64,000 bases of DNA from a bacterium (GTDB taxonomy: Bacteria; Bacillota; Clostridia; Oscillospirales; CAG-272). A model generated the notes under the pieces. The model was not told the origin of the DNA and ran no database searches. It worked only from the letters and a program-made list of their open reading frames with translations. Below are positions 43,415-53,094 of the stretch, piece by piece. Within the stretch, counting starts at the first letter, position 1, and each line of letters begins with the position of its first letter. The translations under genes and the position numbers were made by a program. The stretch spans positions 7,830 to 71,829 of the forward strand of contig CAVIJF010000001.1 of assembly GCA_963643175.1 (NCBI GenBank), in the 5' to 3' direction.

Positions 43415-46330
43415 ATGCCTACATGGGACATCGGTGATTCCCTGCATGGATTCCGCGTTGAGCGGAAAGACATTCTGTCCCACCTTGATGCGAACTACTG
43501 GAAACTTACCCATGAGAAAACCGGTGCCGCTCTGTACTATGCCGACCGCGATGACGGACAGATGGTTTTCAGTGTCGGTTTTCGCACTTTGCCGGAGGAC
43601 GATACCGGCGTGTTTCATATTATTGAGCACTCCGTGCTGGACGGTTCGGAATCCTTCCGCCTCAAGGAGCCGTTCGTCAACCTGATGAAGACCTCACTGT
43701 CCGTTGACCTCAACGCCGTTACGTATCCGGACAAGACCTTCTACTATTTTATCTCCCCCAACGAACGGGCTTTCATGAATATGATGACCGTATATATGGA
43801 TGCCGTGTTTCACCCGCTGGCGCTCTCCGACAGCCGCATTTTTGAAAAGGAGGCGTGGCATCTGGAGCCGGACGGCGAGGGCGGCGTGCGTTGCTCCGGC
43901 GTCGTGTTCAACGAGATGCAGGGTCACGAGAACCAGCCGCACGAGCTGCTGTTCACGCAGATTAACAGGCAGCTGTTCCCGGATCTGTACCGGCGCTATA
44001 TCTCCGGCGGCGACCCTGCCGCGATCCGGATGCTGTCCTACGGGCAGTTCCGGGAAACCTACGCACGCTTTTACCGCCCGGACAATGCCGTGTTCTACCT
44101 CTCCGGGAAAATCGGGTTTGATGAGGAGCTGTCCGAAATCGACCGCGTTCTGTCCGGATTACAGATGCCGCAGGGAACGCCGCCCGCGCCTGCGCCGCTT
44201 CAGGTGCCCGTTGTCAGTCCGGACGGCACGGTGTACTACCAGCTGAGCGGCAACGAGCCGACAGAGGGCAACACATGGCTGAATTATTCCTGCGTGTTGG
44301 GCGACGGCAGCCGTTCGGAGGAGGCACTTGCCTTTTCAATTCTGGGACGCTACCTTGCCGAAACGACCGAGTCTCCCCTGTCCCGCGCGGTGCTGTCTGC
44401 CGGTATCGGATGTAATTTCTCCATGGGGGTGGACACGGGCAGCCGTCAGCCGGTTCTGGAGTTCAGTCTGTGCAAATCCGACCCGGAGAACGCGGAGCGT
44501 TTCCGGGAGGTCGTGCTGGACACGCTCCGGTCGCTTGTGCGCGACGGGCTGAACCGGGAGCGCCTCAACAATCTCATCAACGACCATGAGGTTATCTGCC
44601 GCCGCCAGTCGCTGAGCATGCGGGTCGGATTCACAATCATGGAATCTTTGCTCCGCTCGCACGTCCAGCTGGGCGATGCCACCGCGCCGGACGATATGGT
44701 CATCCGGGAGCGGCTGGCGGAGAACCCGCGGTACTTCGAGGAGCTGATTGAAAAATACGTGCTGAACAGCAGCCACTGGTCGCTGACCCGGTGCATTCCC
44801 TCCCGCACGGTTGCGGAGGAGAAACGTGCCGCCGCGGATGCATGGCTGGCTTCCGAGGCACAGCGCCTGCACGGCACGCCCGGCGCGTATGAGGCAATGG
44901 AAGCACACGTCGTCGCCCTGAACGAGTACCTGCTTGCGCCGGATGACCCGGCGGCGATTGCCGCGCTCCCGCACCTGTCTCCGGCGGATATTGCGATACC
45001 GCCTGTCTGCCGCGATGTGGAAGTGGACAGTATCCGGACGGAGGGGCAGTCTCTCCGGAGCATCCGGTATCTGGACGAGACCGGCGGAATCACCGTGGCA
45101 GGACTGCTTTTCGACCTGACGGCGCTGAGCGGGGACGAGCTGTTCTACGCCCGCTGTCTGTCGGATGTCCTGACCAGTCTGCCGACTGCCCGGCACAGTG
45201 TGGAGCAGCTGTCAGACCGGGGGCTGGAACTGAACACCATCCTGTCGGCTGGATTGATGCTCGGGGCGCGTGGTACGGCGTCCGCCGACACTGGCGCCTA
45301 CCTGAACATTCAGGTCAATGTGCCGGAGGAGAAGACAGCGGACGCGGCGGTGCTTGCCTACGAGTACCTGACGGAGGTGGTGTTTGACCGCGACGTCCTG
45401 CGTCAGCTGTTCTCCGGAGCCGCCGATATCCGCTCCCGGATGATAGACGGCGGCAGCGGCACTGCCCTGCGGCTTGCCGAGGCGTCACTCTCCAGCGTCG
45501 GCACCTTCCTGCAGGCGTGGAACGGAACAGAGGTGTTCCACCGTTTGCTTGCACTGGCAAATGATTTTGACGGACACGCAGAGGAATTGACTGCCGGTCT
45601 GCGTGCCCTGTGCGACAAACTGTTCACCCGTCAACGCCCCCTGTCCCTCTTTATCGGCTCTGCGAAGGCGTATGCCGTATGGGAGCGTGCACTCGCCGGA
45701 CTGCGCTTCGGAACCGCCGAGCCGGTGCGCACCGAGTTGCCTCCTGCAGACCGGAGAGCCAAAGCCCTGACGGTACCGGGGGAGGTCAACTACTGTGCGC
45801 AGGTATACCGCCTTGCGGATCTGCCCGCTGTTCCGACTGCATCCATGCAGGTGGTGGCGAATTACCTGTACTGCACATATTTCTGGGACGAGATACGTGC
45901 AAAGGGCGGCGCCTACGGCGCGAATGTTTCGGTGGCGCCTTACGGCATCATCGGGCTGACCTCCTTCCGCGACCCGCACGTTGCGGATACCTACGGTGTG
46001 TTTGACCGGCTTCCGGAGTGGCTGGAAAGCCACCTGCCGCAGCCGGAAGAGATTGCCAGCCTGATTGTCAGCACGATGTCGCAATACCTGTTCCCGCAGA
46101 GCAGGCAGGACGCAGGCTATGCCGCCGTCCGGCGCTGGCTGGAGGGCAGGACGGCTGCCGAGCGGCAGGAGAATATCCGGGAGGTTCTGCACACCGACGC
46201 CGCCGATTTTATCGCATTTGCCGCCGCCTTGCGCACACTGAACCGCAGGGGGACAGCCGTCCGCGCCGTGCTGGGCGGGGAAAGACAGATCCGGGCATCC
46301 GGTCTGTTTGAGGATATCAGGGAACTGTAA
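43415..46330 (+). CDS. M16C-family (PreP/insulinase-like) zinc metallopeptidase
   Basis: 971 aa. Inverted zinc motif HIIEH (…GVFHIIEHSVLDGS…). The four-domain length is typical of M16C. Confidence 0.85.
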   Translation: MPTWDIGDSLHGFRVERKDILSHLDANYWKLTHEKTGAALYYADRDDGQMVFSVGFRTLPEDDTGVFHIIEHSVLDGSESFRLKEPFVNLMKTSLSVDLNAVTYPDKTFYYFISPNERAFMNMMTVYMDAVFHPLALSDSRIFEKEAWHLEPDGEGGVRCSGVVFNEMQGHENQPHELLFTQINRQLFPDLYRRYISGGDPAAIRMLSYGQFRETYARFYRPDNAVFYLSGKIGFDEELSEIDRVLSGLQMPQGTPPAPAPLQVPVVSPDGTVYYQLSGNEPTEGNTWLNYSCVLGDGSRSEEALAFSILGRYLAETTESPLSRAVLSAGIGCNFSMGVDTGSRQPVLEFSLCKSDPENAERFREVVLDTLRSLVRDGLNRERLNNLINDHEVICRRQSLSMRVGFTIMESLLRSHVQLGDATAPDDMVIRERLAENPRYFEELIEKYVLNSSHWSLTRCIPSRTVAEEKRAAADAWLASEAQRLHGTPGAYEAMEAHVVALNEYLLAPDDPAAIAALPHLSPADIAIPPVCRDVEVDSIRTEGQSLRSIRYLDETGGITVAGLLFDLTALSGDELFYARCLSDVLTSLPTARHSVEQLSDRGLELNTILSAGLMLGARGTASADTGAYLNIQVNVPEEKTADAAVLAYEYLTEVVFDRDVLRQLFSGAADIRSRMIDGGSGTALRLAEASLSSVGTFLQAWNGTEVFHRLLALANDFDGHAEELTAGLRALCDKLFTRQRPLSLFIGSAKAYAVWERALAGLRFGTAEPVRTELPPADRRAKALTVPGEVNYCAQVYRLADLPAVPTASMQVVANYLYCTYFWDEIRAKGGAYGANVSVAPYGIIGLTSFRDPHVADTYGVFDRLPEWLESHLPQPEEIASLIVSTMSQYLFPQSRQDAGYAAVRRWLEGRTAAERQENIREVLHTDAADFIAFAAALRTLNRRGTAVRAVLGGERQIRASGLFEDIREL

Positions 46331-46356
46331 TACCGTACTTGAAGGGGGAAATTACC

Positions 46357-46782
46357 ATGGCTGAAAGTAAAGCACAGATTGCGTCGCTGGACGGAATGAA
46401 GAAGAAGGAACAGAAGAAGGTACTGAAGCGCATGACCCGCGAGGTCATGAAGGATAAGCGCTACCGCCGCGCCATCCGTAAAAATCCGGAGCCGATTTCC
46501 AAAAATGCGGCGCAGGCGGCGGCAGGCGCCGCCGTGGACGCCGTGCTGGGCGTCCACACCGGGAAGCCGGCTGTACCGCCCAAGAAAACCGGGCTGGAAA
46601 TCTATGCCGACATCATCCACACGCTGACCGGCGCACACAAAAAGTACCGGAAGAAGCGTGCCAAGACACTGAAAAAGCAGGGATTTGACGCGAAAACCGG
46701 CTTTATCGTGCTGGGGAAGCTGAAACCGGTCAAGAAGGCGAAGCTGAACAAACCGTACAAGCCCAAGAAAGCAAAAAAATAA
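46357..46782 (+). CDS. Highly basic Lys-rich hypothetical protein (141 aa)
   Basis: ATG 8 nt after gaaggggg. Sequence is rich in K/R (…KKKEQKKVLKRM…KKYRKKRAKTLKKQG…KPYKPKKAKK). I recognise no family. Confidence 0.5.
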   Translation: MAESKAQIASLDGMKKKEQKKVLKRMTREVMKDKRYRRAIRKNPEPISKNAAQAAAGAAVDAVLGVHTGKPAVPPKKTGLEIYADIIHTLTGAHKKYRKKRAKTLKKQGFDAKTGFIVLGKLKPVKKAKLNKPYKPKKAKK

Positions 46783-46796
46783 GGAGAGAATCAAAC

Positions 46797-47603
46797 GTGG
46801 AAAACAACACAGTCACCGAAACAGGGAAGCATGTAGCCAAGCGCGTAGCGCTTATCACCGGGGCGTCCTCCGGCATGGGGCGTGAGTTCGTGCTGGCGCT
46901 GGACAGGCAGGAACAGTTCGACGAGCTGTGGCTGATCGCCCGGCGCCGGGAGCGGCTGGAGGCTTTGCAGGGTCAGGTGCGTGCAACCGTGCGTGCACTT
47001 CCGCTGGATCTCGGACTGGCGTCCAGTCTGGAGACGCTGAAAGCCCTGCTGGAAGAGGAAAAACCGGATATCTGCGTGCTGGTCAACGCCAGCGGATTCG
47101 GGCGTTTCGGTGCCTTCACCGCCCTGCCGCTGGACGACCAGCTGAAGATGATTGACCTCAACGCCAAGGCGCTTGTGGCAGTCACCTACCTCGCCCTGCC
47201 TTATATGAATCAGGGCAGCTGCATTTACGAGCTGGATTCGCTCTCCGCCTTCCAGCCGGTGCCCTACATCAATGTGTACGGGGCAACCAAGGCGTTCGTG
47301 CTGTCCTTTTCCCGTGCGCTGAATGTGGAACTGAACCGGCAGGGGCGCGGCATCCGCGTAATGGCTGTCTGCCCCGGCTGGGTGCGCACAGAATTTTTCG
47401 ACCACGCCGTGCTGGATGACACCATCACCTATTACAATCGGTTTTTCAGCCCGCAGGAGGTCATTGCGCGTGCGCTCCGCGATATGAAAAAGGGAAAAGA
47501 TGTGTCGGTTTGCGGCTTTTCCGTCCGGGCGCAGGTGCTGCTCACCAAGCTGCTGCCGCACGGAGTCGTGATGGAAATCTGGTGCAGACAGCAAAACAAG
47601 TAA
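46797..47603 (+). CDS. Short-chain dehydrogenase/reductase (SDR)
   Basis: GTG start 8 nt after aaggagag. TGASSGMG cofactor motif and YGATKAF catalytic YxxxK. Confidence 0.85.
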   Translation: MENNTVTETGKHVAKRVALITGASSGMGREFVLALDRQEQFDELWLIARRRERLEALQGQVRATVRALPLDLGLASSLETLKALLEEEKPDICVLVNASGFGRFGAFTALPLDDQLKMIDLNAKALVAVTYLALPYMNQGSCIYELDSLSAFQPVPYINVYGATKAFVLSFSRALNVELNRQGRGIRVMAVCPGWVRTEFFDHAVLDDTITYYNRFFSPQEVIARALRDMKKGKDVSVCGFSVRAQVLLTKLLPHGVVMEIWCRQQNK

Positions 47604-47645
47604 ACAGTTAAACAAATAAAGCACACTATAAGGAGGATACTCTGC

Positions 47646-50600
47646 ATGAAAACACATATTCTTCGCCATGTCCTGCTTCTCTCTGTCAGTCTGCTGACCT
47701 TGGTGCTGTGCGGCACGGTTTGTGCCTGCCGCCACGGACAGAATCAGACTGAAACCGACACCGGGGAAACGTCAACCGCCACGGAGCCTGACTCAACGAC
47801 CGATTCCGGCAAGGACACCGAATCGGCGACCGGGACGGACACCGCCACGGAATCCGCAACGGAATCCGCAACCGAAATCGAAACTTACAGCCCCTACACC
47901 GGGGCAAACGGCAAGACAATTAACACTGCCGCCGGGCTTACCAACGGCGTGACCGGGCACTACGCCTCAGACAAGCGCACTGCCTACGTCATTGAGAACC
48001 GCAATGCGCACCTGACTTACAACCTTAACGATACCGATTCGCCGCGTCTCGTCCGGTCACTGACTACCCCGTCGGGTGCCGCTTACCTGTCGGACACTAT
48101 GGATACCTTCATCCGTCTGGAGAACGGGAAGACATATTACGGTTCTGTTTCCGGCGGTCGCGTGAATTTGTACGATCAAGGCTATTACTACTACGATGTC
48201 CATGTGCTGGATCAGAATTTTGAAGATCCGACAGCCAACATAGTGGACGAAGCGGAATTGAAAATCAGAAAGTATACCCATACTAGCCAAGACATTTCCC
48301 GCGTCAACAAGTGCGCAGGGGGCGGGATTACGCTGGTAGTCAGCGGATCGAGTGACCCTTACATTGTCTTTTCGGGATTGTCCTACGATGCGGCACAGTA
48401 TCCTATCGCGCTGGTCACACTGCGTACTTCCGTGTCGTCTGCCGCCGAACTGTTCTTTGTGGCGGGCGGGCACGGCGAATTCACATCGGAGCAGAGATGC
48501 AGCTTCTCCCTTTTCAACGACGGGGAATACCACACCTACGTGGTAAAGCTCGGTATGGCACAGGATTACACCGGTAAACTGACCGCGCTCCGTCTGGATG
48601 TCGGCACATCCGTCGGGGAAGAGGTCGATCTGAAAGAAATCAAGTTGGTGCGGTATGAGGAAGGTCTGTCGCAGGTTACGCTTGACCGGGACTTCATCGC
48701 TTACTCCGACAAGATAAACGATATAGTCCGGTTCATGGCGGACGAAGATGTGACCAACGTCGCAGCTATGGGTACCGAGACTCGTATTGCTGCCGATACG
48801 GTAGACAAGCTGGTGGTGGGGGATGCGGCAGGTACGCATACCGACCTTGCCGAGGTGGACTGGAGTACCGCCGTGTATGTCGGCTTCGATATCAAGGGAG
48901 CAGGCGTATTCGGCTATATCCTGCTGCCGCACGAAACAAGCGGCAGTCTGTCCGTTTCCCTGGAGGATGGCGCGTACATACTCCGGCAGTCCTATACTCC
49001 TGCGGGCGGACGGCTGGAAAAAGGTTCCTCCCATTACGTGGGACATCGCATTTACACCGATGAGGCACATGATTTCGATGCGTTCCTGTACGAGGCCTAC
49101 TGTGAGCGCAATCCGCTGACCGGGGTGCGCACGCTGGACGAAAAAAAGAATGCGTACTATGTCGGCTATAACGCGCTGCGCGGCGCCTATGAGTTCTCCG
49201 TGCGCAACGGCGGCAGCTTTGCACTTCTGTATGATAATCCGGATGAGATGTTCGGGGTGACCTTTGAAATCGACGGAGATGACCGTGACCGGCAGATATA
49301 CATCCTCGCCGCTACGACCAACGGTTGTCTGGAATGCTCCGCCGTGCTTGACCGGAATGACCGGATGCTGCCCATTCCGGTGGAGGTCTGCAAGAATTTC
49401 GCGCACGACGGGGAGGAACTGTACTATACCGACAATGACAGCCATTCCTATGGTTATGCCATTTTCCCGATGGTGGCAGAGGCGGGCAGTACCGAGCGGC
49501 TGACAGTCCTGCATCTGTACGAGCGCTGGGGACAGTACCGCCTCAAGCAGGTGTCGTCCATTCGGTTCTTCCGCGCATACTACCATATGTCAACCGGTGT
49601 GACCGAAACCAACTGCATCTCCTTCTACGACTACGTCGGCAACCGTCTGCCTGATCACCGCGCCATGTCTCAGCCTTACTGGAGAGATACCTACTTCGGC
49701 AAGCTGGACGCGAGCGGCAATCTGGTCTCAACTACGGATTATTATAACAATCAGCCGCAGCACGAAAATAACGGCACCCATACCTTCCTGCGCTATCTCG
49801 GCGAGAACGGTAAAACGGTCAGCACCGAGAGCATCCGACACCGCATTGACTGCGCCGGTCCCACCTACTTTGACCTGACCATGAGCTATATCTCGGGCGA
49901 TGGGAAGATAGAGGCGGATATCCGGCATATGGAAATGGCGCAGTATGACGAAAACCGTGCCTACTACCAGCTGGAATACCGCGTGAATGAGGAAGTGACG
50001 GTTTCCGACTTCCGCGGCAGCTTTGAGATTTACGCCATGACTACCAACCGTGCGCAGATGTACCAGAAGCTGGGGTATCTGGACGCGGACAATCAGCCGC
50101 AGATTACCGACGCCAACACCAGCACAAGAACCGTTGTGTACCGGCTGGGGAATGAGTGCCCCTACTTTGACTATTACAGTCTGACCGACCTCGATCCGAC
50201 AGTGGTGGATTGGAATGATATTTACTCCAATCTCTCGGCGCTGATCAAGGACTGGGATATTGTCATCGGCGGAAAGCCCTACACGGGACCGTTGCTGCTG
50301 GTGGAGCGGAGCGGGCGCGTGGCGCTGACGCTGGATCTGGGCAGCGTGACGCTCCAGCCCGGCGACTACATCCGCATGAACATGATTCTGATGCCGTGGG
50401 GCGACCGCAACTCTGCCGACGACAGCAACGTGCGCCGGGTGCGCGAGAATACGCTGCTGAACCCCATTACGGCGACCTCCGAGAAGGATACGGTTTCGTC
50501 CGATCCGTTCCTGACGACTGTCCGTAGTGCGGACGGGCAGAGCGCCGTGTTCACCGTGTCCGGCGGACTGGACAACACGGAACGTACCGGGTACGCCTCC

Positions 50601-50855
50601 GAGGGCAATACGGCGTACCAGACCTACTACGACAACGACTACAATGTGGCGGTTCGCGTCGGCGGCTTCCATGACCTGGGGCGCGTGGGCGTCTACGAGC
50701 TGATTGACGGTGCATGGGTACAGCTGGAGCTGTCCTCCGATTGGGGATTTGACGGGTACAACGTGCTGTACGATGCGGACAATACCTTCTCCTATGCCTT
50801 CAACATCAACATGAACGAGGCGAAACCCCGCACGTTCCGCGTTGTGGTGGAGTAA
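47646..50855 (+). CDS. Large secreted (lipo)protein of unknown function (1069 aa)
   Basis: RBS aaggagg. Signal peptide ending …LVLCGTVCAC. A Thr/Glu/Asp/Ser-rich linker follows. I recognise no catalytic signature. Residues ~225-335 share a module with the 53095..54567 lipoprotein. Confidence 0.7.
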   Translation: MKTHILRHVLLLSVSLLTLVLCGTVCACRHGQNQTETDTGETSTATEPDSTTDSGKDTESATGTDTATESATESATEIETYSPYTGANGKTINTAAGLTNGVTGHYASDKRTAYVIENRNAHLTYNLNDTDSPRLVRSLTTPSGAAYLSDTMDTFIRLENGKTYYGSVSGGRVNLYDQGYYYYDVHVLDQNFEDPTANIVDEAELKIRKYTHTSQDISRVNKCAGGGITLVVSGSSDPYIVFSGLSYDAAQYPIALVTLRTSVSSAAELFFVAGGHGEFTSEQRCSFSLFNDGEYHTYVVKLGMAQDYTGKLTALRLDVGTSVGEEVDLKEIKLVRYEEGLSQVTLDRDFIAYSDKINDIVRFMADEDVTNVAAMGTETRIAADTVDKLVVGDAAGTHTDLAEVDWSTAVYVGFDIKGAGVFGYILLPHETSGSLSVSLEDGAYILRQSYTPAGGRLEKGSSHYVGHRIYTDEAHDFDAFLYEAYCERNPLTGVRTLDEKKNAYYVGYNALRGAYEFSVRNGGSFALLYDNPDEMFGVTFEIDGDDRDRQIYILAATTNGCLECSAVLDRNDRMLPIPVEVCKNFAHDGEELYYTDNDSHSYGYAIFPMVAEAGSTERLTVLHLYERWGQYRLKQVSSIRFFRAYYHMSTGVTETNCISFYDYVGNRLPDHRAMSQPYWRDTYFGKLDASGNLVSTTDYYNNQPQHENNGTHTFLRYLGENGKTVSTESIRHRIDCAGPTYFDLTMSYISGDGKIEADIRHMEMAQYDENRAYYQLEYRVNEEVTVSDFRGSFEIYAMTTNRAQMYQKLGYLDADNQPQITDANTSTRTVVYRLGNECPYFDYYSLTDLDPTVVDWNDIYSNLSALIKDWDIVIGGKPYTGPLLLVERSGRVALTLDLGSVTLQPGDYIRMNMILMPWGDRNSADDSNVRRVRENTLLNPITATSEKDTVSSDPFLTTVRSADGQSAVFTVSGGLDNTERTGYASEGNTAYQTYYDNDYNVAVRVGGFHDLGRVGVYELIDGAWVQLELSSDWGFDGYNVLYDADNTFSYAFNINMNEAKPRTFRVVVE

Positions 50856-50888
50856 TTCCGGAATACGTAACCGCAAAGCAACAGAAAA

Positions 50889-50934
50889 CCAAAAGCCCAC
50901 CCGGAGGTCGCAAGACCTCCGGGTGGGCTTTTGG
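50889..50934. terminator. Bidirectional terminator between convergent genes
   Basis: ccaaaagcccacccggaggtc / loop gcaa / gacctccgggtgggcttttgg (21-bp perfect stem). An A-run lies upstream on the plus strand. Confidence 0.8.
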
Positions 50935-50953
50935 TAACCGGACAGACTGCCCG

Positions 50954-52606
50954 TCAGTGCTGCTGCGGCACCGGGTTTGCTCTCCGGCGGCTTACCGCAC
51001 GGAGAACGAACAGCGTTCCCACCGTCAGCGCCACGGCAATCGGGAAGGTGATAAACCAATTGTCAACCAGCGGCGCTATGAGGTAGCTGACAAAGGATAT
51101 GACTGCCACGGTGATGGCATAGGGCAGCTGGGTGGCAACGTGATCCACGTGGTTGCACTGCGCACCCGCCGACGCCATGATGGTGGTGTCCGAGATAGGC
51201 GAGCAGTGGTCGCCGCATACGGCGCCAGCCAGACACGCCGATATGCCGATGAACAGCAGGTTGCTGTCTGCCGGGAAGATGTTGGTGACAATCGGGATGA
51301 GGATACCGAAGGTGCCCCACGAGGTGCCCGTCGCGAAGGACAGCCCGCAGGCGACAAGGAAGATGATGGCAGGCAGGAACAGGCTCAGTCCGCCGGCGGC
51401 ACCTTCCATCAGCTGTCTGACAAAGCCGGCGGCGTCCAGAAGATTGGTCATATTCTTGAGTGCGGTGGCAAAGGTCAGAATGAGAATAGCGGGCACCATG
51501 GCGACAAAGCCCTTCGGGATGCACTCCATCGCTTCCCGGAAGTTCAGCAGGCGCCGGGCAAGCAGGTACACGGCGATGAGAACCAGCGCAATCAGACCGC
51601 CCCACGGAAGCCCGACGAAGGCATCGGTCGCTCCGAACGCTGCAAGGAAGTCGCCCGTGTTGTCTGCCTCGCAAAACTCGTTGGGACCGAAAAATCCGCC
51701 GACGTACACCAGCCCGAACACGCAGGTGATGACCAGAATCACAATTGGGATGATAAGATCCCACAGACTGCCGCGCACATTGAAGGCTTCCCCGTTCCCG
51801 GTGGCTTTCTCCTCCTGTGCGCCGAGATCGCCGCCCTGCGCACGGATTTCAAAGTCCGCCATCTTGCCGTAGTCAAAGCCCATGAAGGACAGCACCAGAA
51901 TGAAAACAATGGTCAGCAGGGAGTAGAAATTGTACGGGATGGCACGCACGAACAGCTCCAGCCCGCTGTAAGTTTCGCTGTTCACACAGCCGGAAACGGC
52001 TGCCGCCCACGAGGAGATGGGGGCTATCATGCAGATGGGCGCGGCGGTCGCGTCGATGAGGTATGCCAACTTGACGCGGGACACCCGGTGCCCGTCCGTG
52101 ACGGGGCGCATGACCGAGCCGACCGTCAGGCAGTTGAAGTAGTCGTCAATGAAAATCAGAACGCCGAGGATAAAAGTCGCAATCACGGCGCCCATGCGGG
52201 TGCGTATATGCGTCTGCGCCCAGCGCCCGAAGGCGTGGGAGCCGCCGGAACGGTTGACAAGACACACGATAATGCCCAGAATCACAAGGAAAATGAAGAT
52301 ACCGGCGCTGTCCGCAACGGCGCTTGTCAGTCCCTGTCCGACGACCGTGTTCAGCGCGACGGCGGGGTCGCTCCGGGCGTACAGCAGGGCACCGATGACG
52401 ACGCCCACGAACAGCGAGGAGTATACCTCCTTGGTTATCAGTGCCAGTGCAATGGCGATGACGGGCGCGAGCAGTGCCCATGCTGTTGTCCGGGCGCCGG
52501 TTTCGTGCGTCAGGACGAGTGCTACCGCCACGACGCACAGCGCGACGGCAAGCGAGATGACCGTTACGACGGTCCTTGAACGAGTGTTGGGATTTGCGTT
52601 TGACAT
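50954..52606 (-). CDS. nhaC: NhaC-family Na+/H+ antiporter-type transporter (candidate lysine transporter, riboswitch-controlled)
   Basis: Internal ATG (MSNANPNT…) 7 nt after ggaggt. 550 aa and polytopic. …LITKEVYSSLFVGVVIGALL… and …IFIDDYFNCLTVGSVMRPVTD… are typical of NhaC. Confidence 0.88.
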   Translation of the reverse strand: MSNANPNTRSRTVVTVISLAVALCVVAVALVLTHETGARTTAWALLAPVIAIALALITKEVYSSLFVGVVIGALLYARSDPAVALNTVVGQGLTSAVADSAGIFIFLVILGIIVCLVNRSGGSHAFGRWAQTHIRTRMGAVIATFILGVLIFIDDYFNCLTVGSVMRPVTDGHRVSRVKLAYLIDATAAPICMIAPISSWAAAVSGCVNSETYSGLELFVRAIPYNFYSLLTIVFILVLSFMGFDYGKMADFEIRAQGGDLGAQEEKATGNGEAFNVRGSLWDLIIPIVILVITCVFGLVYVGGFFGPNEFCEADNTGDFLAAFGATDAFVGLPWGGLIALVLIAVYLLARRLLNFREAMECIPKGFVAMVPAILILTFATALKNMTNLLDAAGFVRQLMEGAAGGLSLFLPAIIFLVACGLSFATGTSWGTFGILIPIVTNIFPADSNLLFIGISACLAGAVCGDHCSPISDTTIMASAGAQCNHVDHVATQLPYAITVAVISFVSYLIAPLVDNWFITFPIAVALTVGTLFVLRAVSRRRANPVPQQH

Positions 52607-52680
52607 GATGTTTACCTCCAGAATTGGCTTCCGGAGACAGACCACGGTCGGGAACCGTGTGCGGTGCCGCGGCAGGGGAA

Positions 52681-52724
52681 GCAAAAGGGGCTCCCCCTGC
52701 GCGGAGACGCACAGAGGGAGCCCC
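52681..52724 (-). terminator. Riboswitch expression-platform terminator
   Basis: The minus strand reads ggggctccctctgtgcg / loop tctc / cgcgcagggggagcccc (17 bp, 2 G-U pairs), followed by ttttgctt. Confidence 0.75.
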
Positions 52725-52810
52725 AAGTCTTCCCGACAGCAACACAAAACCGGAACGCGGTAGCGTGACGCACGCCCGCGGCGGGGCAGGGAAGACATAA
52801 GGTACTCACT

Positions 52811-52974
52811 CTTGGATAGCGCTCCACTTTCGTGACAGTACCGCAGGTGTTCCCTGCGATCCCAGCCTGCCGGGGGAAGGACCTCCCCGGGCGACTTCGG
52901 CGTCAGCTCCTTTCAGCCGGCAGGAGTCCTCCCGCATTCCGGCTTACTCTTGGCAAACGCTCCTCTATCTCAAG
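52811..52974 (-). promoter_or_regulatory. Lysine riboswitch (L-box) aptamer
   Basis: The minus strand reads CTTGAGATAGAGGAGCG…CCAAGAGTAAG…GGCTGAAAGGAGCTGACGCCGAAG…GGCTGG…TACTGTCACGAAAGTGGAGCGCTATCCAAG. The conserved L-box blocks appear in the canonical order, and the P1 helix closes (cttgagatag / ctatccaag). Confidence 0.88.
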
Positions 52975-52988
52975 AAAAATTTGCACCT

Positions 52989-53017
52989 ATTATACCTTTT
53001 TTCGGCACTTTTGTCAA
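52989..53017 (-). promoter_or_regulatory. Sigma-A type promoter for the riboswitch-nhaC transcript
   Basis: The minus strand reads TTGACA (53012-53017), 17 nt, TATAAT (52989-52994). Confidence 0.65.
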
Positions 53018-53030
53018 TAGTGTGAAATCA

Positions 53031-53061
53031 CAAAGAGCAGCCGGAAGTCGGCTGCTCTTTG
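53031..53061 (-). terminator. Terminator hairpin after the 53095..54567 gene
   Basis: caaagagcagccg / loop / cggctgctctttg (13-bp perfect stem), 33 nt downstream of the stop. Confidence 0.65.
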
Positions 53062-53094
53062 CACTATATGTTACAATTTTCGGACTGCCGCAGT

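Noticed and set aside
47760-47885. Short tandem codon repeats (acggaatccgca x2 and similar) at the 5' end of the 1069-aa gene.
   Set aside because: They encode the Thr/Glu/Ser/Ala-rich linker that follows the lipobox. This is low-complexity coding sequence, not a CRISPR array or a regulatory repeat.
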